DNA from: Cycas panzhihuaensis
Taxonomy: Eukaryota; Plantae; Cycadophyta
NCBI GenBank assembly: GCA_023213395.1
Contig: CM041465.1
Coordinates: 131,447,741 to 131,511,740, forward strand
Direction: 5' to 3'
Length of the DNA: 64,000 nucleotides
Part shown: piece by piece, positions 24,945-38,089 of the stretch
Numbering within the stretch: position 1 is the stretch's first letter
How the letters are laid out: each line of letters opens with the position of its first letter
Program-made: the position numbers and the translations under genes
The notes under the pieces: model-generated
The model's input: the letters and a program-made list of their open reading frames with translations, nothing else
Database searches by the model: none
What the model was told of the DNA's origin: nothing

Positions 24945-27720
24945 ATGGTGGTAGCCGGGCCAGATCAAGTGAGTGGATCACACCTTATCCCATCCATTTC
25001 GTCATTTGAATGTGATGTATTTTTAAGTTTTTGTTAGGCAGTTTTAGGCCCCTTAAGGGCAAACTGGGATCTCTTAGAGCCTGAATTAGGCCTAGACAGA
25101 GGGGGAACCGGGGCATTAGGTAGCGTTGATCCTAGTAGGCTCAAGTATGGCCCAACTTGAAAAAAAAATTGGGTTTTTTGGGTGGAAAGCCCTCCCTTTT
25201 TATGGGGGTGTGAGTTGGCCCCATGACAAAGATCACAGTGCCATAAAATTTGCTACAGGCCTCTGAGCTTATGCTCAAAACTCAGCGGGGCCCATGCTAA
25301 ACTCTGTAGTGCCATATAGTTTAATGCAGTGTGAAGGCAGACCAACTAAAAAGGCAAAGGATGGCCTAAAGGAGTGCCAAACGCAGCCAAGAGGGGGTGA
25401 GAGGCACTCTTGAAGGCCGATGGATAAGTACATGGCTGTTCTAACAAGTTTTTGGGTGTTTGACAGGTGGCTATCGCGATAGACAACCATGAGAACTTCA
25501 ACATGGCAATGATGAGCTTTATAGAGATGATGTCTCATGGGGATATGTAGACACTAGGGAGATGTGGCCTACTAAAGGTGATCAGGATGCCATAGTATGC
25601 TTTAGACCAGTGGCTACTAGTTGACATCATCTTACACTGGTATAACAGGCGACATGTGTTTCACCTCCCCCATATAGGGGATATTATCATCACACCGGGA
25701 GACATCTAGAGGATCCTGGGAGTACCAGTGGCAGGAGAACTAGCATCACTAGGGGTATTACCTAGCAATGATATTACATACAAGGAGGCTACCATCTTCT
25801 TTATAGGCCAAGATAGGTGGGAGAGGAGAGGGATACCTGTTCAGAGCATGGTTATGTCGTAGATTCCTCAAGTAAGGAAGTTAATCACATTATACATTCT
25901 ATTTCAGATATCCTAGAAATAGAACTATAGAGACATTCCCGATGGTTGGATGGAGACGGTGAGGAGATGTGAAGTCAAGGAGAGGATGGACTAGGCCACT
26001 CTGATAGCAACGAACTTGATCACCTAATAGTGACAAACCTGATTACCTAGTTAGATGCCATCAGGGTAGGAGGGCTACACCCTATCTCAGTGTGGGCTCC
26101 TATGGTCCATAGGTGGTAAACTCGATTTAGGGGGATTGAGGATCAGGTGCGCGTTCAACGCTCAGTGGAGGTGACAACACTAGACCTCCTCACTATGGCA
26201 GATTATACGATAGACCCATATAGAGAGGTAAGGTGGGATAATGATGACGAAGCAAGAGAAGTAGGAGGAGCCAGAGGTGGCCCTAGAGGAGATGATGATG
26301 ATGGTGGTGATGACAGGGGTGATGGGGCAGGCCCATTAGGAGCAGCAGGTGGCAAGGTAGGTCCATCAGGAGTTGGAGGAAGAGAGGCAGGTCCCTCAAG
26401 AGCTGCATGGAGAGGCAGGCCACCACAGACACTAGTCAAGAGACTAAGGATAGTTGGCAGGGCCTAAGTAGTGGCAGTGGCTATAGATGAGGAGGATGGA
26501 GGCGATGCTCTGGTAGGCCTGGTCATTGGCAAAGTGGTGTTTGAGGAGGAAGAGGTACTAGTAGTTGGGGGAGGTCCCGAGGAGGAGATGGTCATCGGAG
26601 TCAAGGAGCTGGTAGTCCCAGGAGGTGAGACACTACCTTTCCCTATAATCTTTTGATCATTAAGCATCTAGATGCTTTACTTTTATTTGGTTTATTTGGT
26701 ATACATATATGGATGTACATACTGATATATGGTATATTTGGCTTTGCAGGAGCAGTGGAGATAGGGAGATTGGTTGAGGTGATAGTCTGAGAGATGTTTC
26801 CTTGGGCCTATGCGGAGGGACAACCTCCCATCTAGGCAGGAGAGGAGCCACGTTTGGAAGGGGCTCATACAATGGCATTTGTCCCATTGGTCAGGGCAAG
26901 GGATATGTGCATAGTGGAGTCCTAAGAATACCAAGTGAGAGTGAGATAACTATAGGGAGAGTTGGATAGGACTAGAGCAAATAGAGGCACCCTACGAGGT
27001 CAGGTCCAGGTACTGGAGGCTCAAGGAAGAGCAAGTGGGGATGCAGAGAGTCGCATCTGAGTGGCAATGCTAGAGGAGCATCTCTAGGGGATGGAGGAGA
27101 GGCTCCGAAGGGCAAAGAGTGAGAAATATCATATCTAGGCACGATATAATCAACTAGTAGACTGGATGGCATCAAGATCATTGTAGAGTAAGACCCATAC
27201 CCATATGATGGTGACGACCCCGAGGAGGCCTCGAGACGAGGGGAGCGAGGTGGGGAGCTCCCAGAGGTATAGGAGACGTTTAGGAGGTATATGGTCCCCT
27301 AGGGAGGGATTGCATCGATCAGAGGATGGTGTGCCATGAGTAGAGGACCACTAGAGAGTAGGATATGCTGGTTTTGATTTGGGAAAGCACCGGACCTCTA
27401 GGGAGTTACCATATATTACTACATGATTGTACTCCTCCCTACAAGGACTCTGGATTCCTGCAAGTGATGTACCATACCATTTGTATGATATGACACATTA
27501 TGATTTTTATGTATATAGGTAGGGCCATTGGTTCCCTATTTGATATATGATGGTGTGTGGTGATACATGATGATATATTGTGTTGAATTTATTTTTCTAT
27601 AGATGTTTGTGTATACACATATATGAGGGTATACAAGAGCAGGAGAAGCCATAGATCATGATGATTTGAGTTGATTATTATATCATTTATGTTATAGGAT
27701 TGTTTGAGTTGCACACACTT
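24945..27720 (+). pseudogene. Spliced antisense PMD gene, copy 2, with a T-rich 3' UTR-like tail
   Basis: MVVAGPDQ|VAIAIDNHENF..LGRCGLLKVIRMP..DQWLLVDIILHWYNRRHVFHLPHIGDIIITPGDI*RILGVPVAGE matches the PMD motif W....H.FHLP.G...IT..D...ILG.P..G. Donor AA|GTGAGT at 24969 joins in frame to acceptor TTTGACAG at ~25466. Confidence 0.8.
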
Positions 27721-28115
27721 CCTTTCATGTAGGACCACACCCTAGCGAGCACACACGATCAACATGAGCATCGGTGATAGGCATATGCAGGGCTAGGAGG
27801 TAGGGAGCCATACATATCCACATAGGAACATAGCAGAATATGCAAAGGAAGTGCTAGCGGGAAAGGGAGTAACGATAGTCAAGCGCACCATCCTAGTTGG
27901 GGAGTGTTTCCAAGCTTGGGAGTGATAGGGACAACACACCCAATTAGGAGGATGGGGCCCCTAAAGAAAGGGGGACAAGGTGTTCCGCGAGAGGAACCCA
28001 AAAGGAGTGAGAGGGCCACCCTAACCCACCATTCTGCCTGTGATTAGGAGGAATGAAGATGTGCCTAAGGTGGTAGTTTAGGCTCATTTTGGAGTGAAAG
28101 AAGAGAAAGAAGTGG

Positions 28116-31100
28116 TCATGCATAAAATTTCCTTAGGAATTTCCCATTAACAACCTTCTCAAATTCGAGACCTTTTAAGGTTGCAATCCTGTAAGCGTCG
28201 TTATCGAGACTCTTGAGGAGAACAAAGGGGCCAACCCATTTAGGTCTGAATTTAGATAAGTGGTCATGGAGATATTCCAACTTGAGGATGTGGTCCCCAG
28301 GATGTAAAGGGCAGGAACAAAGGCGCTTGTCATATATCCTTCGTGCCCTGGCCTTAGAAGCGAGATTCGCTTGGTAAGCGATCAAGCACCTCTCATCTAA
28401 GACCTTGAGGTCTAAGAGACAAGCCTAGCGGAGAGACTCCTCATCGATATGACCACGAAGAGAGACTTGTAAAGAGGGAATCTCCACTTCCAATGGGAGA
28501 ACTTCCTATGTTTCGTATACTAGGGAAAAAATGGTCATTCTTATAGTTGTACAGATAGATGTGCAATATGCCCATAGAGCGAAAGGGAGCCAGAGATGCT
28601 AATCTTTTTGAGATCATGCTATGATTTTCTTTAAAATATTTATAAGGATTTTGTTAAATGATTTAGCTTGGCCATTGGCCTGGGGGTAATACGGAGATGA
28701 GGTTTTGTGAGAAATTTTGAATTTCTCACAGAGTTCGTCTATCTCCTTATTACAGAAAGGAGTTCCATTATTTATAATCAGAATGTTGAGGACTCCAAAA
28801 CAACAGATGATGTGCTAGTAGATAAAGGTGGCTATCATCTTAACAGGAGTAGAAGTCAAAGGGACTACTTCAGCCTATTTAGTAAAGTACTCCATAGTAG
28901 TCAAGATAAATTTATGCTGTGACGAAGAAGGTGGGGATATGGCTCTAATAAGGTCCAACCCCTATTCGGAGAAGGGCCATGGAGATATGACAGGATGGAG
29001 GGCCTTAGAAGTCAAGTGGGTGATGTTAGTATGCTCCTGGCACCACTGACATCTCAAGACATAGGCATAGGCATCCTTAAAGAGGGACAACTAGTAATAC
29101 CCCATACGAAGGATCTTTTGGGCCATGGATTGGCCTCCAAAGTGCCCCCTGTAAATGCCATTATAACATTCATGGAGTATTTGGTCCATTTCGTTGGGGT
29201 TGAAGTAGCGAATAAGGATCCCATTAAAGGATCTCTTATATAATACTTCAGCCATAAGGAAGTATTGCCTAGTAGTAGCTTGAATACACAACTTAACTTT
29301 ATTGCTGGCTTTGGGGCGATACTGCTACTAGGTGAGGTATTGTACAATGTCTCCATACCACTCACTATGAGTGAGTGGATGAGGAGGAGAATCCTAAATG
29401 GCCAAAATGGGCTTGTTAAGTAAGGAATCATCGACGAGAATGTTGAAAGGGTTCAAGATGGGGGTGCTGACGAGTTTCTCAGCCACGACCATCCCTTTTT
29501 TAACTTCCTACTAACGATTTGTAGGTTAAATTCTTGAAGGAGGACAACCCACTTGCTAGTCCTACCTGTCAGGTCAAGTCAGTTAAGTAAATATCTTAAG
29601 GGATTAGATTGGACGATTAGCTGAGTAGTATTCCTGAGCAAGTAGTGCCTAAGCTTCTTAGTGGAGTGCACAAAGGAGAGACACTCCTTCTCGACAGGAG
29701 AGTAATTAAGTTCAGTAGCCATGAGGGTGCAACAGATGAAGTAAATGGCCCTTTCAGTTCCCGAATTATCCTCCTAAGCTAGCATAGCATCTAAGGACTC
29801 ATCGGTAGCTGAAGTGTAAAGAATGAATGGTTTGTCAAAGAGAGGAGGCACCAGTGTCAGGGCAGAAGTGAGGGCTTCCTTGAGTTCTTCAAAGGCTTGT
29901 TGGGCCTTTGAAGACCAAATGAATGGGGCTCCTTTCTTTAATAGGTTGGTAAGGGGTTTGGCATTTATGGCAAAATTTACCAAGAAATGCCGAAGAAAAC
30001 CAAGCATATCTAAGAACAACTTGATCTGTCATTGGGTTTTAGGAAACAACATGTCAAGGATGGCCTTGACTTTGTCAGGTTCAATTTGGATTCTTTATTT
30101 TGAGATAAGGAAACTAAGGAGTTTTCCATCCATTACAACAAACACAAATTTGAGAGGGTTGAGGCTTACATGGTATTTGCGACATCGTGTGAAGATGGCT
30201 CATAAATCGAAAGGATGGTGGGCCCTAATGCATGAGAAACCTATCATATCGTCCATGAAAACCTCTAAGGATTTGTTAATAAGGTCATGAATAATGAATT
30301 GCATCGACCTTTGATAGGTGGCACCTATATTCTTTAGCCCAAAGGGCATCACCTTATAGGTGAAGGTGCCCCATGGGGTAGTGAAGGCCACCTTATGATA
30401 GTCTTTGAGGGAAATCTAGATTTGGATGTAGCCTGAGACGTCGTCCATTAAGGACATGACTTTAAATCTAGCAGTTTGATCAATGATTTGATCAATGAAG
30501 GGAAGTGGGAAGTTGTTCTTAGGACATGCATTGTTGATGTCTCAGAAATCAAGACATATCCTAATTATCCCATTCTTTTTGGCAATAAGGACAATATTGG
30601 ACACCTACTTGGGGTAGTTGATAGAAGTGATTAACCCTGCATTTAAGAGTTTTTCAACTTCCATCTTGACAGCAGCTAAAAGATTGGGATGAAGAGGACG
30701 CTATTTTTGACGCATAGGGTGAGCACTTAGAATGGTGGTAAGATTGTGGGTAGCAATCGAAGGGTCTATTCCCTTCATATCAAAGTAATCCCATGCAAAG
30801 ACATCTTAGAATTTCTGGAATAGAAGTGTGTACTCCTTCATTTCATCAGGAGAGCATTTTGGTCCCACCTTAATGACCTTACCTAGGGAAAGGACTATGT
30901 CCTTAGTTGCCCCCATGCACATAGCATTACCTTCCTCGAAGTGAAGGGGGGATCGGTCAATAGGAAGGGGTGGAATAGGAGATGGATTTGGGTCAACAAG
31001 AGAAGACCCAATAGCTAAGACCTTCTAGTGACCAAGCCTATGATTACCAGAAGGGAGATTGGGCATGGAGCCTATTAGATGCTTGAGCAAAGCCTCATCA

Positions 31101-34100
31101 TCCTCAAAGTAGTCCACCCCATGGATGACCACACCTCGAGAAGATGATGAGAGAGGGGGAGAAGAAGAGTTGGAACCGTGGCGGTCGACATACCACTCGA
31201 CATGCCCACTGGAAGAGTCGAAAAGAGTTCTCCTATGAGGAATAATAGGAGGCTCCCTGACTTCGTTGCCTATAGGGGGCGATAAAGAGGGAGACACAAT
31301 AATAGCTTGATCAACAGGAGCGATAACATAAGATCCAAGGGAAGAGCTAGTTTCTCCAATAATGGGGGTTTTAGGTCAGGACCTAAAACGAAGGAAGTGC
31401 CCGCTAGCCATACTTAGAAGAGAGATGGCATGAAGGAAGACCTCATCCTTACCATTAGACTCATTATCGTTAAGCATGGCGAGATACCTATAGATCTTAA
31501 CACCAATAGGGGTGAAGTGTATGAGGTTGGAAGAAGAAGACGAAGGGCCTTGTTCCAAAGGGGATAGATCAGGGATGTCAATGGAATATGTGAAAGCATG
31601 GGCAGAAAGGTCCTTGTCACCCTTTACTTGACTATGAACCACTTGACATGGTTGATGAGGTTGTTTAGAGGGAGGAGGCTCCCTGGAGACAACTCTCATT
31701 TGCCCCTCATGGACAAACTTAAGTTGTCTCCAATGGGACGAGTACGCAGCTCCCATTTGGTCGAGCTATAGGCATCCCAACAAAGGGTTGTAGTTGACAT
31801 CGATGCCAAGAACTACAATGTCAGTGAGGATAGTCTTATCTATAAGAGTAAAATAGATGGACATTGATCCCAAGGGTGTCTTTTCGCTACCATCGTAGCC
31901 TTAACACTACCATGGAACCAGCTCCAGGGTAGGTATGCTAAGCTCTTGCATGACACATAAGGGCATGGTATTAATGGAAGAATCATTATCAACAATAATT
32001 CTTCGTAAAGTACAGTTGAGAGTATCAATGGTTATGGTGAAGGGGAAATGCCATTGGTATTCCCTTTCACCGGCAGGGGGAAGATCCTTAAGGTCAAAAG
32101 AGATGATGGGTTCACAACTTGGGATGACACCCAAGGCATGAACAAATGCGTCACCTAATCTTAAGGTCTAGGAGAAGTATATGCTGTTCAGAGTAGCTCC
32201 TCAAGACATCCATTATGGACATCCCGACAACCACGGTGTGGAGCTCATCGACAGTGGAGAAGGGCTTCCCCTTCATGGTAGGTTGGGGAAGAGTTCTTCA
32301 AAAGTTGTAGTAACCAGGGTGCACGGGAATGGTCTTAGGGAGTGTAGGGACTTTCAGAAGAGGGTCAAGGTGAGGTGTGGATAAAGAGGTGCTATTCATC
32401 TCTTTAGCTACTTGAGACTTAGTTAGGGCATACAATGGTGTGGTTTCAAGCATCTGGATGACCTTCTTTCCCTTGTTTTGAGATCAAGAAGGTGAAGGAG
32501 TATGATGGTTGGGAGAAACAGAGGAAGATGATGAATTCCTTACACCCTTCCCTTTAGCTTACGAAGGATAAGGGTTTGGGGATCTTCCTCTATTTTGACT
32601 ATTCTTTTATTGGTTGTTGTGATCATGTTCCATGTGTTTGGGAAAGTGATCTCTATGGACAGGCTAGTCTAAGTTAGGCCTAAATGACTGTTTGGGGAAA
32701 GTATCACGTTACGGGTAACTTTAGAGTGCTTGGCCCAGCAATATGAATCTTCGTGGAAACATTCGTTGTGGATGGAATACCACTTCTTCTTGAGGGAGGA
32801 ATTAGGCTTCCTTGCTTGAGAAGACTAGGTGTTACCACCCTTGGGGGGAGTGGTTTGAGTAGCTTGGTAGACTAGTTTATGTAAGGTAGGAGATGAAGGA
32901 GCCTAGAGTTTGAACTCCTTCATGGTATGTTCGAATTAACATATGGCAGAAGTGAGAGGATCCAAGGTCTTCTCGGTCGGATGGGATGAAGACCTAGCGG
33001 ATTGCTGGATTTTCATCTCTTGGGGTGGTGGAGGTATCTCATGTCATTGCGAGGGCTTTAGAGGCTTCTTGAGTCTGGCTTGGATCTCAATGGCCTTAAG
33101 CGCCAAGCACTTGGCTATGGTAGAGTCACACGTAGTTGCCCCTATTTTAAGAACTTCGATGTGGGCTTCTTGGTGAAGAGCATTGACAAAGAGATCCCTC
33201 TTCAACTCCTCAAGCAGAGTTACCTTCGTAGAATGAAGAAGGTTGTGAAAGTGTCTTATGAAGTCACGATTCATCTCATCGTGACCTTGTTTGAGAGACA
33301 AGAGGGCTTTCATTCCACTCTCGAACGGACGCGCTATATCAAAATAGTTGACAAATTCATCCATGAGCTATTGGAATGAAAAGATGGAATGTGCTGGCAG
33401 GCGATATAACCACTTGAGGGCATCACCTTAAAGGGATTGTGGGAAGAGTTTTATAAGAATGTGTTCATAGGCCCAGTAATCAATACATACTATAGAAAAG
33501 CTACATACATGGTCTATTGGGTCCTGTGATGAAGTCCCATCAAATTTGGGAACCTTAGGAGGGTGAGGTGATAAGTTGGTTCTTAGTGCCTCGATGGACA
33601 GGGGTGTTGATCTATAGTCCATAAAGGGGCGCACCCTTGACTGGACCATAGGGTCAACGAAAGCTGGAAGAGGAGGTGGGCAAGATTGCCCGAATCCTCC
33701 TTGGAGGGTTTGGTTCAAAAGGGGATGTTATCCTCCCATCATTTGGTGAGAGGATACAAATCCCACATTCGAAGGGACATGCATAGGAGTGGATGGGTGT
33801 GATGGACCCATTCCTCCTTGAGGAAATGCTCCTTGTTGGAAAGGAGCTTGAGATAAAGTGTCTTGGGAGGGAGCTTACTCTCCTTGCAAAGGCACAACAT
33901 GAGGTGCAATGTAGGATGATGGAAAAGAGGGGTGAGGGACCAAGTTTTACCCATATGGGTTGCCCATAGGTGGTGCGACCCCATATGGGTGTAAAGGGTC
34001 TACTCCAAAAGTCAGAAGGGAGTTTCCCTTATCGTGCCCCCATGGTCGAGAGGTGTAATCAAGAAGCACATAAAGGGAAGGATCCCTAGGCTAGAGTTAG

Positions 34101-34855
34101 GAGTATGTGGGGGTAGGCCCCATATGGCTAGAAGTAGGGGCACGTGCAGGTCTCCTAGGTCTAGTAGATAGTGGATAGACTATAGTCACAGGAGGAATAG
34201 TCTTTTGATTGGATAGGGGCATGCTCAACCCAAGTTGGTAAGAGGACATGCCTTGGGTGGTCCCCAAGGAACATAAGTTGTGAGGAGAAGAAGATGAAGT
34301 GAGAGGTAGGCTCATCATAGGTAGGGAAGTTGAATGGGATGAGCAAGGAAAGGGGGATGTATAAGAAGGAAGCACAACACTTCGTAAGACGTTCTCGAAC
34401 CACTTAGGATGTGGTTAGAGATGGGCAGCTTGGAAACATTGGCTAAGGGCTTTTACTACATCAGTAGGAGGGGTATCTGCTTGATCATAAGAGGTAGAGG
34501 AAGCCTCATATGAAGCAGACCCCGTAGGGCAATCCTCATGAGAGTCACCATTATGGTGGTGAAACTCTAGAGGGGATGAAGCCTTTACTTCACGAGTAGA
34601 GAGATGGTAGGGTTGTGGGTGTTGTTGGTCACCCGAATAGAAGATAGGGTCCTCACCCTCTTGGGCGGACCCCTGAAAAGAAGTAGAAGGCTCATGTGAT
34701 TCAGACACATAGGCATGATATGCCCAATGCAAGGGAAATCTCTCCATAGTTAAATTGGGATCCAACATAGGAAGGGAGTGGTATGAGGAGTCTTCCAACA
34801 ATGGAGGTAGACCTCATAAGCGATGTGAGAATCGTCGTATACAAGTTCTACCTAT
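28116..34855 (-). pseudogene. gag-PR-RT-RH-INT of element B (degenerate)
   Basis: gag PKFDG..DPIDHV, KLFPQSL. Protease IIVDNDSSINTM. RT AFTTPWGTFTYKVMPFGLKN and FMDD. RH FILYTSAT. INT GHFGG..AQKILRMGYY, KFRPKWVGPF, VNGKFLRKFYA*. Confidence 0.93.
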
Positions 34856-34982
34856 GGTTTGGAAGAAAGAAGAAATAAAGTGGTGCGCATGTTGGAGATT
34901 GCCCAATAAAACCAAAAGGGAGAGCTATTAAGAAGAAGTAGCACCGACAGGAAGGGAGGAAGGATTGATCCTTTACTGGTGG

Positions 34983-35001
34983 GTCCCTAGTATGGTTGCT
35001 A
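34983..35001 (-). promoter_or_regulatory. PBS of element B, tRNA-Arg type
   Basis: Minus strand TAGCAACCATACTAGGGAC resembles TGGCGACTCCACTGGGGA, the Arg PBS typical of Ogre/Tat elements, with mostly G>A changes. Confidence 0.7.
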
Positions 35002-35002
35002 G

Positions 35003-38000
35003 TGGAATCACATCTATGGAATGGTAACCATACTTGGTTAGGACTAGGTTAATCAATGAAGTGTTTCAGAATCTAAGGTCAATCTGGCAAGTGAGAGAGA
35101 TCACCTGCATAGGGCATCCGCATGTCGGAACGCAGGTTCAGGACCCATGAATGGTACAAAACTCCCTTATGGATAACTTGGCTTTGGTTCTGAGGGTAGA
35201 AGGAGTAAGGGATATTCTCGATTTCTAGAGTAACCTCAAGAAGTAGGTCCTCTCACCCTTAGATGGCCAAAGGAGAGAGGTAAGGTGAAATGAGGGAATT
35301 GCTCCTCGTTGAAGGAAAAGGGTGTGAATAAGGTGTATTTAAACAAACAATGAGGGAGGTGCACACTTGTGGAAAGGAGATTGGGTAACCACCCCACGAG
35401 AGGAACCAACCCAAAAGGAAGGGTGCTAAGGCTACCTAGCTATTACAGATATGACAAGATAGGGGGGAAATGACCTAGAGGTAAGGTCTTCCCTAATCCA
35501 ACATACCCAAGGCGGGCTTAGGGATGTGAGGTGACAGCAAAAAGGGGTTTTTACCGTTTTGAGTATAAAGGGTTCAGTACTTTCTATGTTGTGGGGAAGT
35601 GGTAGATGTGTTGTTATGTTTGTTGCAAATGGGAGAAAAACATAAACTAATAAATAAGCTCTCATTTACTCTCTAATATAATAACCTCACTCTCCTTTTA
35701 ATTTTTATGAAAGAAAGAAAAGAAACAAAGAGGCTAGCCAAACATTTACAAACATGCATGCAAGGGATGTAAGGCCAAACAGAGGGACATGCAACCAAGT
35801 GAGGAAGCAAAAGAATATGATTCCTACTTCATGCACTTCCCTAGATGAGTAAATGAATCAAAACACAAGCAAATGATAGATGCAGGCTTATTTCTTTGCG
35901 CTTTTTCCTTTTTATTCTACATATGCAAGTAAAAAAATTTTAAATAAGAGAAAGAAAGCTACAAGAAAAGAGGTGGCAGTGCACCTAGAAGATCATACAG
36001 CCGGATGAATATGTTCCCTCATGTTGCACTCGCTTCTCTCCTTTTTTCCCTAAATACGAGTGGCGTAGAGCGGTGGTGTTGAGGCTCCATTACCTTCCCT
36101 AAGTTGAAAAGGAAAAAAGCAAGAAAGGAAAAGAGAAATAGATATGAAAAAACATTAGAAAGTGATAAGGAAATAAAGGAGAAAGACATACCTGGGATGA
36201 CGTGCTTCTTCCTTCTCCATGCACAGTGTAGCAAGAACTTACAATCAAAGAGTATTTCCCTTTCCTAAGGGGCTGCTAGGGTACAAGATATATATGAATA
36301 CAAAAGTGTATAAAATGATACCAGCAAATATGCTAATCAAGTAAAACTTCTAGTTAAGAGACAATTTCCAACCTTCTTTATGCTAGCAAGATAAGAAAAT
36401 GGATGGAGATGGTTAGCCTCAAAATGGCTAATCCTCCAAAACACATACCTCCACGCTATCCAAGCATATAAACAACAAGTAATGACAAAATAATGGGGGT
36501 AAAATATATGAGCAACATTTTGCAAAAATATTGCAAATGTTGCTAATATTGCAAAAGTCATGATGCACAACTTTTGCAACCCAAGATTAATCCAACACCT
36601 GAAGGCAAGGTGGGGTATGATTGGGGGCTGCAATTCCTACCTATATAAGGCTCACAAGGCTAGAGCAAGTGCAGTAATGGGTTGCGTACACTACTACCAG
36701 TGGTGGCCTCTCTTCTAAGAGCTATTTGGTAGCCCAAGGGAAGCACAAAGGAGGGAGAGGAAAAGGGGGCTGCCCTTGAGGAGAAGGCCTTATTGGGTTG
36801 TAGAACTTGCCTTGGCTCCTTTCTCTCACCCTTTTAGGACCTCTCCCTTGCTGCCTCCTTGGAGAAACCAGGGAAGAGCAGGAAGGTATGGAGGACAGAT
36901 AAGGAAAGATGGAGGGAATGCTTCCTTTGCACAATGGAAAACTAGAGAAAGAGGGGGTATACAAGGTGTTTCTATCACTTTTAAGGAACTTAAAAGGAAC
37001 AAAACAAAATAACAATGGGGGAATATTTGCTGTAGATGAATTAGGAACATATCTGCTTGAGAAAATGGCTGAGAAAGGTAGTCCTTTAGGGTTTGTAGGT
37101 GACTATGAAATCTAGAGAGATAACCTTGGTGGAGTACAATACTTGTGCTTAGAGGTGAGCCTTGGAGTATGTCTTGCTTGAAGAGGCCTTATCTTAGGCT
37201 TTTTGTCATGGATTTGAGCTGCAGAGGACTGATCTTAGGCTGGAACATATGTATGTTAGGTGTTGCAGGGCGTTTCTGTAGGAGAGGACCTATCAGAGAA
37301 CAAGAAGAGATGATAGAGAAGTAGAAGAAGAGAGTCCAAGAGAGAAAAAATGATGTCTTTTTGGGTTTTAAACTTAACCCTAGTTCAATTGAGCATTAGG
37401 GTTCAACTAGGGCTGAGAATATAACTCAACCACATGGTCATTTTGTAATAAATATGAAAATTTCCATGGAAAATTAAAAAAATGGTTTATGATAGTTGCC
37501 TCACGATAAACTTTGTGGTACCGCGAAGTCTACCTAGTACCGCGATATTTATCATGGTGTGGTGACAACATAAAAGACACAAAGAGCAAAAGGAGCTGGG
37601 AGCCCTAAAAGAAGGTACTCTAGGCTTAGGAGGGCTTGACCCTCTATCTAGATGGCTGGGGACAATCATAATGAAGAAATGACCTACGCCGGATGGAGCG
37701 CCAAAGATATAGAGTTCCCAAGGGGTTAGCAAATGGGTAAGAATATACCAATCATGCTTAGCAAGGTGTTAAAAGCTATGATGTGGTAATGGGGTTGTAA
37801 ATAGATCATAAGGGCTAATCAGTGCTTGGGACAACATGGAGATGCATAGGAGGATTGTGGAGTGCCATTGGGATCCATGTCCCGAGTCGTCATAGGCTAG
37901 AATAATGTCAACCAATATGATTAAGCACTAGATGCAAGATGATCGCTCAAATGAATCAATCAGTCATGCATTGGAAAATAGATGCTTCGATTTACCTTTC

Positions 38001-38084
38001 TTAAGAAGTGACAAAGGCAAAAGATAAAGGGGTACCTACACTTGAGTTGACTCACTAAAACCCATTTCTAATAGTTGGGAAACA
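35003..38084 (-). repeat. 5' LTR of element B
   Basis: Copy of 16317-19413, adjacent to the PBS. Confidence 0.95.
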
Positions 38085-38089
38085 CTAAC

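Larger units (their letters stand above)
19648..27335. repeat. Internal tandem duplication in element B, unit ~3.84 kb (19648-23493 and 23494-27335)
   Basis: TAGGAGTA at 19656 and 23501. GGAGGGATT at 23461 and 27303. Paired ORFs recur at a ~3.8-kb offset throughout. Confidence 0.95.
16317..38084 (-). mobile_element. Tat/Ogre-type Ty3/gypsy LTR retrotransposon B, 21.8 kb, full length but decayed
   Basis: LTRs 16317-19413 and 35003-38084 (TGTTTCC...GATTCCA on the minus strand). TSD CTAAC at 16312-16316 and 38085-38089. tRNA-Arg-like PBS. PPT CCAAGGGAGCAG at ~19414-19425. gag-pol on the minus strand. Confidence 0.95.

Noticed and set aside
30950-31700. aRH or an Ogre-type intron between PR and RT of B
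   Set aside because: The region is a Pro/Ser-rich linker with no DEDD motifs, and I could not support splice sites.
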